A program made the translations under genes and the position numbers. From NCBI RefSeq assembly GCF_030028105.1, contig NC_092377.1:33290782-33354781 (forward strand): DNA of 64,000 nt, in the 5' to 3' direction. Of the stretch, positions 51,387 to 62,500 are shown piece by piece. This DNA is from Mobula birostris. Its lineage: Eukaryota. The notes beneath the pieces are model-generated. The model saw only the letters and a list, made by a program, of their open reading frames with translations. It was not told where the DNA came from and did no database searches. The first letter of the stretch is position 1, and each line of letters opens with the position of its first letter.

Positions 51387-51507
51387 AAAATGCTGGAGGA
51401 ACGCAACAGGTCAGGCAGCATCCATGGAAATGAATAAACGGTCGATGTTTTGGGCCCAGACCCTTCATCAGGATTTCTAGCATCTGCGGAATCTCTTGTG
51501 TTTATGT
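51387..51507. mobile_element. Hammerhead-family insertion with inversion just 5' of the core
   Basis: TSD ACACTACCTCAC / ACATTACCTCAC (51375-51386 / 51508-51519). Minus arm CTGATGA..CCC-AAAA-CATC, then the family 3' tip on the + strand. Confidence 0.87.
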
Positions 51508-51554
51508 ACATTACCTCACTGTTTTTGCTTTGCTTTCTTTTTGCACTACTTAAT

Positions 51555-51578
51555 TGTATGTATGTGTGTGTGTATGTA

Positions 51579-51611
<33 letters not shown>

Positions 51612-51618
51612 GTATATA
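51555..51618. repeat. Compound (TG)n/(TATG)n/(TA)n microsatellite
   Basis: Read directly from the sequence. Confidence 0.95.
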
Positions 51619-52779
51619 AAATTAAAAACTATAAATTACAATGAGAAATATATATTTATTGCATTGCAATGTACTGCTGCTGCAAAACAACAGATTTCAC
51701 AACATATGCCAGTGATATTAAACCAGCTGATTGCTGGACGATGTGTACACAAATTGTCATTGGAAACATTAAACTCTCATTCATTTTCCCAGAAAATTCT
51801 GATCTTGTATATGGACTCTTAAATGTAACAGTCTGTTTCCCGGAGAATTGATTTAATTGCTGCTGTTGATGTGAAGCTTACATAGACCATGATGATCATT
51901 CACCCTCTTCCTCCCTATCATAAAAAAACACCCATTCAAAAAATCATCAAGGAAGTGCAGAAAATCCCATTCTGGGAGTTGGTCCAGTTCCTGAAGTCCA
52001 AGCAACAAGTACCGAGGAATTTATTTTGAATGAGAGACATCTTCCACAGTATTCTCCGACCCTCTATGAATGGATATGTTGATATTGATCAGGATCTTGT
52101 CCGGAATATTTGTAGTGAATTCAGTCACTGAAGGTTGGGTACTTCTATAAGTCCTCAAACTCTCTTGAAAAAATACTATTCCAATCACCTGATCTAGCCC
52201 TAGCTTTTGTGATTTACAATCATGTGCTCTCAATCTCTATTTCCTTGTGAAGCCACCATCTATGTGGTTTGATCGTTTTTCTTTTGTTATTTTAAAGTCC
52301 ATAGTTTTTCAGAATAAAAAAAGTAGTTCCAGAAGTTTATTCTGGGTAACTAAGAACCTTCAAAATACTGGTCCTCCCCCTGAATCTTTCTCAGACCTCC
52401 ATTATTACGTAATACATTATGGGTTGAATACCTCAAGACACTTTCTGTCAAATGAGGCCTAATCAAAGTCTTGTATGAAGTCTGTACAATATTGTGTTTT
52501 ATATTTGCTCCCCCTTGCACATAGAACTAAATAGCACAGAATCAAGTCCTTCTGTCCATGAACTTCTGCTGAACTAATTAAATTAGTAAACATCCAACTA
52601 AATGAATCCTTTCTGCCTACATAATGTCCATATCTTTCCATTTCCTTCACTTTCATGTGTCTATCAAAGTGTCTCTTGAATACCTCTATCATATCTGTCT
52701 CAACCACCACTCTTAGTGGCACATTGCAGGCACTCATCACTCTCTGTGTAAAAAAAAAAAAGACTTGCCCTGCACATCT

Positions 52780-52943
52780 TTCGACTTGCCCTCAGAGTTT
52801 GGAGTTCAATTTTGCCACCATTCTCTAAGGAATCTCTATACATCTTCCCCATGGAATGCATGGGATTTCCCCAGGTGCACATGCTTCCTCCCACAGTCCA
52901 AAGATGTACCAGGTATTTGGTCATTGTATGTTGTCCCATGATT
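52780..52943 (+). mobile_element. V-SINE remnant next to a CR1 tail (about 52515-52780)
   Basis: GAGTTCAATT B-box-like motif and V-domain ...tgggatttccccaggtgc...cttcctcccacagtccaaagatgt. Confidence 0.7.
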
Positions 52944-55900
52944 AGACCATAAGACATAGGAGCAGAATTAGGCCATTCAGGCCATCATGTGTGCTTTGCC
53001 ATTCCATCATGGCTGATCCTGGATCCCACTCAACCTCATACACCTGCCTTCTCACCATATCCTTTGATGCCCTGACCAATCAGGAAACTATTAACTTCTG
53101 CTTTAAATGTACCCATGGACTTGGCCTCTGCCATAGTCTGTGATAGAGCATTCCACAGATTCACTACTCTCTGGCTTCAAAAAATTCATCCTTACCTCTG
53201 TTCTAAAAGGTTGCCCCTCAATTTTGAGGCTGTGCCCTATAGTTCTGGACACCCCCACCATATGAAACATCCTCTCCACATTCACCTTATCTAGTCCTTA
53301 CAACATTCAATAGATTTCAATGAGACCCCCCCCCCCCCGTTGCCAAACGCTCCTCATATGTTAACCCTTTATTCCTGGAATCATCCTCATGAACCTCCTC
53401 TGGATTCTCTCTAATGATAGCACATCCTTTCTGATTTGTGGGGCCCAAAACTGTTGACTCCATGTGCAGCCTGAATACTGTTTATAAAGCCTTAGCATTA
53501 GCTCCTTGCTTTTATGTTCTACTCCCCTTGAAATAAATGTCAGCATTGCATTTGCCTTCTTCACCACAAACTCAACCTGTAAGTGAACCTTCTGGGAGTC
53601 TTGCATGAGGACTCCCAAGCTCTGCACCTCTGCTGTGTGAATTTTCTCCCCATTTAGGTAATAGCCTGCACTATTGTTCCTTTTATCAAAATGCATTTTT
53701 TGTATATTTCCCGACACTTTATTCCATCTGCCACTTTTTTGCCCATTCTTCTAATTTGTCTAAGTCCTGCTGCAATTGCATTGCTTTCTCAGCACTACCT
53801 ACCCCTCCACCTGTCTTCATATCATCCACAAATTTTGCCACAAAGCAATCAATTCCATTATCAAAATCATTGACAAACAATAAAAAAGTAGTGGTCCCAA
53901 TACTGACCCCTGAGGAACGCCACTAGTCACTGGCAGCCAACCAGAAAAGACCTCCTGCATCCTGCCTGTCAGCCATTCCTCTATCCATCCCAGTGTCTTT
54001 CCTGTAATGCCATAGGATTTTATCTTGTTAAGCAGCCTCATGTGTGGCACCTTATCAAATGCCTTCTGAAAATCCAAGTGACATCCACTGCCTCTCCTTT
54101 GTCCACCCTGCTTGTTACTTCCTCTAAGAGCCCTTAACAGCTTTGTCAGGCAAGATTTCCCTTTACAGCAACCATGCTGACTTAGACTTATTTTGTCATT
54201 GGTCTCCAAGTACCCTGAAACTTCACCCTTAATAATAGATTCCAACACTTTCCCAACCACTAAGGATAACTGGCCTATAATTTCCTTTCTTTTGCCTTCC
54301 TCCTTTCTTAAAGAGTGGAGTGACATTTGCAATTTTCCGGTCCTCTGGGACCATGCCAGGATCAAGTGATTCTTGAAAGATCATGACCAATGCATCCGTT
54401 ATCTTTTCAGCAACCTCTCTTCGGACTCTGGGATGTAGTCCATCTGCCCCAATTGACTTATCCACTTAGGACCTTTCAGTTTGCCTCATACTTTTTCCTT
54501 CAAAATAGCAATGGCACTCACTCCTGTTCCTTGACACTCACAGACCTCTGGCACACTACTAGTATCTTCCACAGTGAAGACTGTTGCAAAGTATGCATTA
54601 AGTTCATCTGCCATTTCTTTGTCCCCATTACTATCTCACCAGCATCATTTTCCAGTGGTCCAATATCAACACTCACCTCCCTTTTACTCTTTATGTAACT
54701 GAAAAAAATTTAAGTAACTTGCTTTATATTATTGGCTAATTTGCCCTCATTTTAATCTTTTCCCTTCTTGTAGCTCTTTTTAGTTGCCTTCTGTTGGATT
54801 TTAAAAGCTTCCTAATCACTCACTTTTGCTATCTTATATGCCCTTTCCTTGGCTTTTATGCAGTCCTTAACTCCCTTGTCAGCCATGGTTGCCTAGCCCT
54901 GCCATTTGAGAACAACTTCTTCTGTGGAACATATCTATCCTGCATCTTGTGAACTATTCCTGGAGCATCTGTGCTCTGCCATCATCCCCACCAGTATCCT
55001 CCTCCAATCCACCTGGGCAAGCTTCTCTCTCATGCCTCTGTAATTCCTTTATTCCATTGCGATACTGATACATTATGACTTGTGCTTCTCCCTCTCAAAT
55101 TGCAGTATGAATTCAATCATATTATGATCACTGCCTCTTAAGGGTTCCTTTACATTAAGCACCCTAGTAAGATCTGGGTTATTATACAACATCCTGTCCA
55201 AGGTTGCTTTTCCCTTAGTAGGCTCAAGCACAAGCTGCTCTAAAAAGTCATCTTGTAGGCTATCAACAAATTCCTTCTCCTGCAATCTGACACCAACTTG
55301 ATTTTCCCAACCCCTTGCATATCGAAGTCCCCCCAGTACAATTGTGACATTACCCTTATTACATGCCCTTCCCAGCTCCCTTTGCAATCTCAATCCCACA
55401 TATTGGCTACTATTTGGAGGCCTATATATGATTCCCATAATGGTTTTTTAACTCCACCCACAAAGATTCAACGTTCTCTGATCCTATGTCACCTCTTTCT
55501 AAAGATGTAGTTCCATCTCTCACCAACAGAACGAAACCACCACCTTTGCCTTCCTGCCTGTCCTTTCGATACATTGATGTTAAGCTCCTAACTATGACCT
55601 TCTTTCATCCACGACTCAGTGATGCCCACAGCTTCATACTGACCGATCTCTAATTGCGCCATGAGTTCATCCACCTCATTCTGAATGCTACGCACATTTA
55701 AGTACAGCACCTTCAGTCCTGCATTGTTCACACACTCAATCCCAAGCTTACTACCCTTGAGGTTCTGCTTCTCAGCTTCCTTCCTAACTCCCCACATTCT
55801 GTTTTCAGGATCTCCTCCCTTTTTCTACCTATGGCATTGGTACCAATATGTACCACAACTTCAGGCTACTCACCCTCCCTTTTCAGGATATTGTGGATGT

Positions 55901-56925
55901 GTTCAGAAATATCACGGACCCTGGCACCTGGGAACCGGCTGGTGGCATAGTGGCATTAGCGCTGGACTTTGGAGCGAAGGCTCCTGAGTTCCAATCCAGC
56001 CAGCCCCCTTGCACGCTTTCCATCTGTGCTGGGTTGAGCGTTGAGCTAGCAACTCAGCCTTGTAAAAACAAGAAAGCCTGCTAAAAAAATGCCGTCATGA
56101 CAGCGTCCCGATGACTCCACTCGGAGTTAAGGGCTTTCTTCTTCTTCTTCTGGGAGGCAAGCTGCCATCCATGTTTCTTTTTTGCGTCCACAGAATCACC
56201 TCTCTGTCTCCCTGACTATAGAGTCCTCTATTACTGCTGCTGTTCTCTTCAGTTCCCTACCCTTCTGAGCCACAGGGCCAGTTTCAGTGCCAGAGGCATG
56301 GCCGCTGTTGCTTCCCCCGGGTAGGTCGTACCTAACAAAAGTATTCAAAATGGAGTAATTATTGTTGAGGGGCATGGCCACAAGGGTACACTCCACTATC
56401 TGTCATTCTCCCTTACCTCTCCTGATAGTCACCTGTCTATCTGTCTCCTGTAGCCTTGGGGTGATTACCTCCCTGTACCTCCTGTCTATCACTGCTTCAC
56501 TTTCCCTAACAAGGCAAAGGTCATCGAGCTGCAGTTCCAGTTCCTTCACACGGTCTCTAAAGAGCTGCATTTCGATGCACCTGGTGCAGATGTGGCCATT
56601 GAGGAGGCTGATTCTTCCCTGAAAATCTCACATCTGACATCCAGAACAGAACACTTGCCCTGTAGACATACCCCTGTTCTCCCAAGTTAAATTAGAAATA
56701 AGGAACGAACTTACCTGCTTACCTGTCTCTGCCTGTTCTCTCCGAAGCCCACCTACCACTCTGACTCAGACCACTCCGCCAACAACCACTCTGCTAGACG
56801 GTACTCTTCTTTTGTGGAGACTGGGTTTTTAAAGCTCTTTGCCGGACTTGCGCAAGAACACTTCCACTGCATCTACGCAGTACTCCAATCAAAGCCTCTT
56901 GTTGAAAAAAACTTGCTGCTTTTTA
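52944..56925 (-). mobile_element. Near full-length older CR1 LINE, second subfamily
   Basis: ORF1 start at 56669: MSTGQVFCSGCQM*D..HICTRCIEMQL..ELELQLDDL. Also ITESW, IYRPPN, SDHNM, QHGCCKGKSC, DFQKAFDKVPH, GVPQGSVLGPLLF; tail at 52944. Has internal deletions. Confidence 0.92.
55934..56149 (+). mobile_element. tRNA-headed SINE (tail type B, (TTC)n)
   Basis: A-box TGGCATAGTGG, B-box GTTCCAATCC, same body as 37715, different 3' end with (TTC)n. TSD CTGGGA (55928-55933 / 56150-56155). Confidence 0.9.
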
Positions 56926-56980
56926 CATCAAAGTTGCTGGTGGACGCAGCAGGCCAAGCAGCATCTGTAGGAAGAGGTAT

Positions 56981-57016
56981 AGTCGACGTTTCAGGCCGAG
57001 ACACTTCGTCAGGACC
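56981..57016 (-). ncRNA. Minimal hammerhead ribozyme, intact core, one stem II mismatch
   Basis: GGTC-CTGACGA-AGTGTCTCGGCCT-GAAA-CGTC-GACT. Confidence 0.75.
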
Positions 57017-57028
57017 CTTCTCTCATTA

Positions 57029-57064
57029 AGTCCTGACGAAGGGTCTCGGCCTGAAACGTCGACT
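57029..57064 (+). ncRNA. Minimal type I hammerhead ribozyme, intact
   Basis: AGTC (57029-32) CTGACGA (57033-39) AGGGTCTCGGCCT GAAA (57053-56) CGTC^ GACT (57061-64). Stem I is AGTC/GACT; stem III is the palindromic ACGT; predicted cut after 57060. Confidence 0.85.
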
Positions 57065-57833
57065 ATAGGCATTAGGATGGAGTTGCAGGAGTTTACAGGG
57101 CCAGGTGATAACTGTCTCAGGCTTCCAGTTTAGTCTCTGATACATTGTAACCAAAAATTTTGATAGTGAGGATGATTGTACCATTGACGAAAGTCAATGT
57201 GAGATGTTTGGTTTACTTGGAGTGAGGAAAGTTCTGCAATAGTTAAACTTGATGACATGGTACATGAATGTAGCAGCTGTGAAGGTGAAGTGAGTTCAAA
57301 TTGGACAAGTTCCGAAGATGGAAGAGGAAGAAACTTTTGCATTCAGTTTGTGTATGTGGTGTTCAGTTCATGTATGTGGTGCTTGGTACAGATCTGGCTG
57401 AGAAGAGTTATAATGGCAGCAGAAGGAATGGGCAGCAGAGCTGAGGGGGCTAATTTGATTGATTCAATGATAATGGGAGGGGACATAATGCAAGGCTGGA
57501 GTCATTTTACACTCAGTGGTCACTTTATTTTGTACACCTGGGCACTACTTGTTATCGCAAATATCTGATATGCCAATCATGTGGCAGCAACTCAATACAC
57601 AACAGCATTCAGACACGGTGAACAGGTTCAGTTATTGTTCAGACTAAAAGCAGAATGGGGAACAAATATGATATTAGTGACTGTCGACGGCAGACAGTGT
57701 GGTTTGAATATCACAGAAACTGATGATTTCCTGGGATTTTCACGCACAATCAGTCTCTAGAGTTTATAGAGAATGGTGTGAAAAACAATGAGTGGCAATG
57801 TTGTGGGTAAAAATGCATTCTTAATGAGAAAAG

Positions 57834-57869
57834 GGTCCTGACGAAGGGTCTGGGCCTGAAACGTCGACT
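57834..57869 (+). ncRNA. Minimal type I hammerhead ribozyme, intact core
   Basis: GGTC CTGACGA (57838-44) AGGGTCTGGGCCT GAAA (57858-61) CGTC^ GACT; predicted cut after 57865. Confidence 0.82.
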
Positions 57870-57966
57870 GTACCTCTTCCTAGAGATGCTGCCTGGCCTG
57901 CTGCGTACACCAGCAACTTTGATGTGTGTTGCTTGAATTTCCAGCATCTGCAGAATTCCTCGTGTT
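57834..57966 (+). mobile_element. Young hammerhead-family insertion (133 bp) inside the Tc1 element
   Basis: TSD TGCATTCTTAATGAGA(A/G)AAG (57814-57833 / 57967-57986; 16 bp perfect, 20 bp with 1 mismatch). The insert starts at stem I of the ribozyme. Confidence 0.93.
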
Positions 57967-58545
57967 TGCATTCTTAATGAGAGAAGTCAGAGGAGAAGGG
58001 CCAGAATGGTTCAAGCTGACAAGAAGACAACAGTAACTCAAATGACTTCACATTGCAAAGGAGTTGTGCAGAAGAGCATCTCTGAATGTGTAACACATTG
58101 AACCATAAAGTGGATCAGCCACAGCAGTAGAAGACCAGAAGCATCCACACAGTGGCCACTTTATTAGGTTCAGAGATACCAAATAAAGTGGCCAATGAGT
58201 GTACAAAGCCACAGGAAACTTTGGCTTATTCAAGACTTAAAACTAAGCCCTGCTTGTAGATAATGTTGTTTATGGCTTAATTGGAGGACATACTGTTAAA
58301 GGCCTTAAGGCATGAGACGATCCATAAGACAGTGGCTCCAATTAATAGATTATGGCAAGGAAAATAGACCGTTAAGTTATATAGAAAGCTCCTTAGAGGT
58401 TGTGATTTCAAGCCATGGTTGCAATTTGTTGGTAATTTATGGATCTGATCAGAACGGTCTGTTTCTTATAAGTATATTAGCATTTTGATTGGAGGGATTT
58501 AGTTGGAAAATTGCCTTATAAAGCTACCAACTACATCTTAAAGGT

Positions 58546-58669
58546 GCCAGCCGGTGGTGTAGTGGCATCCACACCGAAGTCTGAGGCAAATGTTCCTGGG
58601 TTCAAATCTGGCCAGCTCCATGCATGCTTTCCACCCGTGCTGGGTTGAGCGTCGAGCTAGCAACTTGGC
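58546..58669 (+). mobile_element. tRNA-headed SINE, same family, lacking its tail
   Basis: TGGTGTAGTGG, GGTTCAAATCT, GGGTTGAGCGTCGAGCTAGCAACTTGGC; flanked by AAGGT at 58541 and 58670. Confidence 0.8.
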
Positions 58670-59532
58670 AAGGTTGCCATCTAATGCGCCACAAGCTGCG
58701 GAAAGGAACAACATAATAAAGGTGGAAAAGATAAGTTCAGAATTAGGACAGTAGTTTGAAAAGGTAAAGCAATCAAACATAGGATTTTTAAGAGAGCAGT
58801 TGCTGATACTGATTTCAGTGGAAATGTTACCCGATGGTAGAAATAATCAACTGCTGAACCTGTGATAGGTGATCTGTTTGTGTTTACGGAGTGTGCTGTT
58901 CTGCTTTTGTGCAACGTCTGTTCTGCACAGTTTGACTTCTGCTAGCATTTCTTGCCATGTTGTAGTCACTCCCTTTGCAACTGAACCAATGCATCTAAAG
59001 GGTGACAGAAGCACTTTGTTTTCTGTAGGCTGCATGTTATCCTCTTATCCCTACTGTTTTAGCATAGCATATAACCAGCTGGAGAACTATAAGGCTGATA
59101 ATGCAAGTTATTTTCTTCTGCCTCATCTTAATCTTGTTACACAAATGATTGTGAAGGGATTCATGAATTTTAATTTTGTGCTCTGCATTAGTCCTTCATG
59201 TCATGCGCCCCACTTGCCCTCTACAGGAAATGGCAATCCCAGCCTCAAACTTTTGGGGGAGAAAATTGATTATGATCTTGGTAGTTATGCAAGAAAAAGG
59301 GACTTACCAACCACCCATGAAGATGATTAACACTGATCAGGAGGAAAAGCTTTGCCTCTTAAACTTATCACCTCCATGTGAATATCACATATTTTGTCCT
59401 TTGTTATCCAGTGATTTCAGTAGCACTGGTTCACAATATACTGGCAAAATAAAATTACTATGCTAGTCCTGACATTTCTGTTCAACGATGCATTTGTCTG
59501 AAAAACTATTCTTTATACCATTCTGCTAGTTT

Positions 59533-62500
59533 TAATCAGGTTTAGTATCACCGGCATATGTTGTGAAATTTATGAACTTTACAGCAGCAGTACAATGAAA
59601 CACATGGTAAATAAGTATAGAGAAAAGGAAAACCGAATTGCAGTGAATGTATACCATATGTGTCTACTAAATAGTTAAGTTAAAATAAGTAGTGTAAAAA
59701 AACAAATAAAAACGTAGTGAGGCAGTTTTCATGGGCTCAATATCCATTCAGGAATCGGATAGCAGAGGGGAAGGAGCTGTTCCTGAATCGCTGAGTGTGT
59801 GCCTTCAGGCTCCTGTACCTCCTTCTCAATGGTAATAATGAGAAAAGGGCATGTCCTGCGTAGTGGGGGTCTTTAATGATAGATAGATAGATAGATGGAT
59901 ATACTTTATTAATCCCGAGGGAAATTTGGTTTCGTTACAGCCGCACCAACCAAGAATAGAGCGTAAATATAGCAATACAAAAAACCCCAACAATCAAACA
60001 ACAAAATGCAAAACTATGCCAGATGGAAAATAAGTCCAGGGCCAGTCTATTGGCTCAGGGTGTCTGACCCTCAAAGGGAGGAGCTGCACATTCGATGGCC
60101 ACAGGCAGGAACGACCTCCCGTGCCGCCAAGTGTTGAATCTCGGTGGAATGTGGCCGAAGTCCAACAGTAAAAAGTTCAATATCCAGTCTGCAAACACGT
60201 TCCTCGATCGTAATATACCCTGGATTGCACCATCTGTTGTTAGCCAGATCAGTAAGCACCCCACTCCTTCACGCTTACCGCTCTCGGTGCACTTCCGATC
60301 AGGCGGAACGGTATTACCCACCGAACTCCTCTTCTCCATAAGTCTCTGTTGTCTCGACCAGGTCCTCTTTCCTCGGCTTTGTGATCCCCCATTATGTGTT
60401 TTCCTCTGGATTTCAGCAGGAGTGTCTGCTGCTCTGTTCGCTAAGCCGACCGGAATTTGCGAGTCCGTTGAACACACAATGCGACCTTGCTTCTGTCCCG
60501 CGTGTCGGGATGTAACCATTTCCAGCGCTAAAGAAAACCCAAATAAAACTCTCTCTACCAGCATATTAGAGAGGGTGCAGCTTCGACGTGTTACCGTGAG
60601 AAAAAAATACAAAAAATAACGTAAATTAAAAAGTAAGAAGAAGAGAAAGTAAAAGAATAGGATGCCGCTTTCCTGAGACACTGCTCCTTGAAGATATCCT
60701 GAATACTATGGAAGCTAGTACCCATGATGGAGCTGACTAATTTAACATGTTTCTGCAACTTACTTTGATCTTGTGCAGTAGCAACACCCCGCCCCCCAAT
60801 ACCAGATGGTGAAGGAGCCAGTCAGAATACTCTCCATGGTCCATTTGTAGAAGTTTTCGAGTGTTTAAGTTGACAAACTAAATCTCCTCAAACTCCTAAT
60901 GAAATATAGCTGTTGTCTTGCCTTCTTTATAGCTGCATCAATATATTACGTCCGGGTTACGTCCTCAGAGACATCGACACACGGGAACTTGAAATTGCTC
61001 ATTCTCTCCACTTCTGATCCAATCCTATCAGAACGAATCCAATGAGGATTGGTTCATGTTCCCTTGTCTCACCCTTTCTGAAGTCCGTGATCAGCTCTTT
61101 GGTCTTGCTGATGTTGAATGCAAGGTTGTTGCTGTGACATCACCCAGCTAACTGGTATATCTCTCTCCCGTACACTCTTTCATCACCATCTGAAATTCTG
61201 CCTACAGTGGTTGTATCATCACCAAACTTATAGAAGGCATTTGAGTCATGCCTAGCCGCACAGTCTTGGGGGTAGAGAGGGTACACATCCCTGTTGTGTG
61301 CCAGTGTTGATTGTCAGTGAGGTGGAGATGTTATTTCTGATCCACACAGATTGTGGTCTTCCAGTTAGTATCCAGTTGCAGAAGGGGGCACAGAGGTCTA
61401 GGTTCTGTAGCTTTATGATCAGGACTGTAGGAATGATGGTGTTAAATGATGAGCTATAGTCAATAAACAGCATTCAGACATATATATTTGCATTGTCCAG
61501 GAGATTCAAGGCTGCGTAGTGAACCATTGAGATCATGTCTGCTGTAGACCTATTGTGGTGATGGGCAAATTGCACTGGGTCCAGGTCCTTCCTGAGACAG
61601 GTGTTGGTTCTAGCTATGACCAACCTCTCAAAGCATTTCATCAAAGTAGACGTGAGTGTAACTGGACGATTCTTGTTAAGGCAGCTCATGCTGCTCTTCT
61701 TGGGCACTGGTATAATTGTTGCCCTTTTGAAGCAGGTGGGAACTACTGATCGTAGGCAATGAGAGATTGAAGATGTCTTTGAATGCCCTCGCCAGTTGGT
61801 TGGCACAGGTTTTCACAGCCCTACCAGGTACTCCGTCAAGCCCTACCACCTTGCAAGGGTTCATCCTTCTGAAAGACAGCCTCTGAGACAGAGGTCACAG
61901 GGTCACAGGATGCTGCAGGGATCCTCATAGCTGTGGTTTTATTCTCCCTTTCAAAGTGAGCATAAACGGCCTTGAGCTCATCTGGTCGCAAAGCATCATT
62001 GCCATTCACGATGTTGGGTTTTGCTTTGTAGGAGCTAATGGCCTGCAAACCCTGCCAAAGTTGATGTGCATCCGATGTCACCCCCAACCTCGCTCGGAAT
62101 TGTTTCTTGGCTCTTGAAGTAGCTCTCCGCAAATCCTACCTGGTTTTCTGATACAGACCTGCATCACTAGACTTAAATGCCACAGGTCTAGCCCTCAGCA
62201 GACTACGAACCTCCTGGTTTATCCATGGCTTTTGGCTTGGATGAACCAGGAGGCACACACTCATCTACACAGGTTTTAATGAAGTTGGTGACCACTCTGG
62301 CATGCTCATCCAGACTCAAAAATGACTTCCTGAATACAGTCCATTCCACCGATTCAAAGCAGTCCTGTAGGCGCTCCTGTGCTTCCCTTGTCCAAACATT
62401 CTTGGTCCTCACTGCTGGTGCTGTGGTCTTCAGTCTCTGCCTATACTCAGGTGATCAGACTTTCCAAAGTGTGGGCATGGGGTAGCACGGTAGGCATTCT

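Larger units (their letters stand above)
50770..51730 (+). mobile_element. Rex-Babar 3' fragment with nested hammerhead insertion and microsatellite
   Basis: SSFKFLGV, HFRNSSFPSSIRFLN and the family tail ...atatgccagtgatattaaacc. Confidence 0.85.
56925..57067. mobile_element. Head-to-head double hammerhead insertion
   Basis: Minus arm 56925-57016 and plus arm 57029-57067, with a spacer that matches the target site of the 57834 insertion. Confidence 0.9.
57510..58201 (+). mobile_element. Non-autonomous Tc1-type DNA transposon
   Basis: TA|CACTCAGTGGTCACTTTATT ... AATAAAGTGGCCAATGAGTG|TA. Transposase N-terminal remnant (GLNITETDDFLGFSRT; RMVQADKKTTVTQMT; QKSISE); no DDE domain. Confidence 0.9.
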
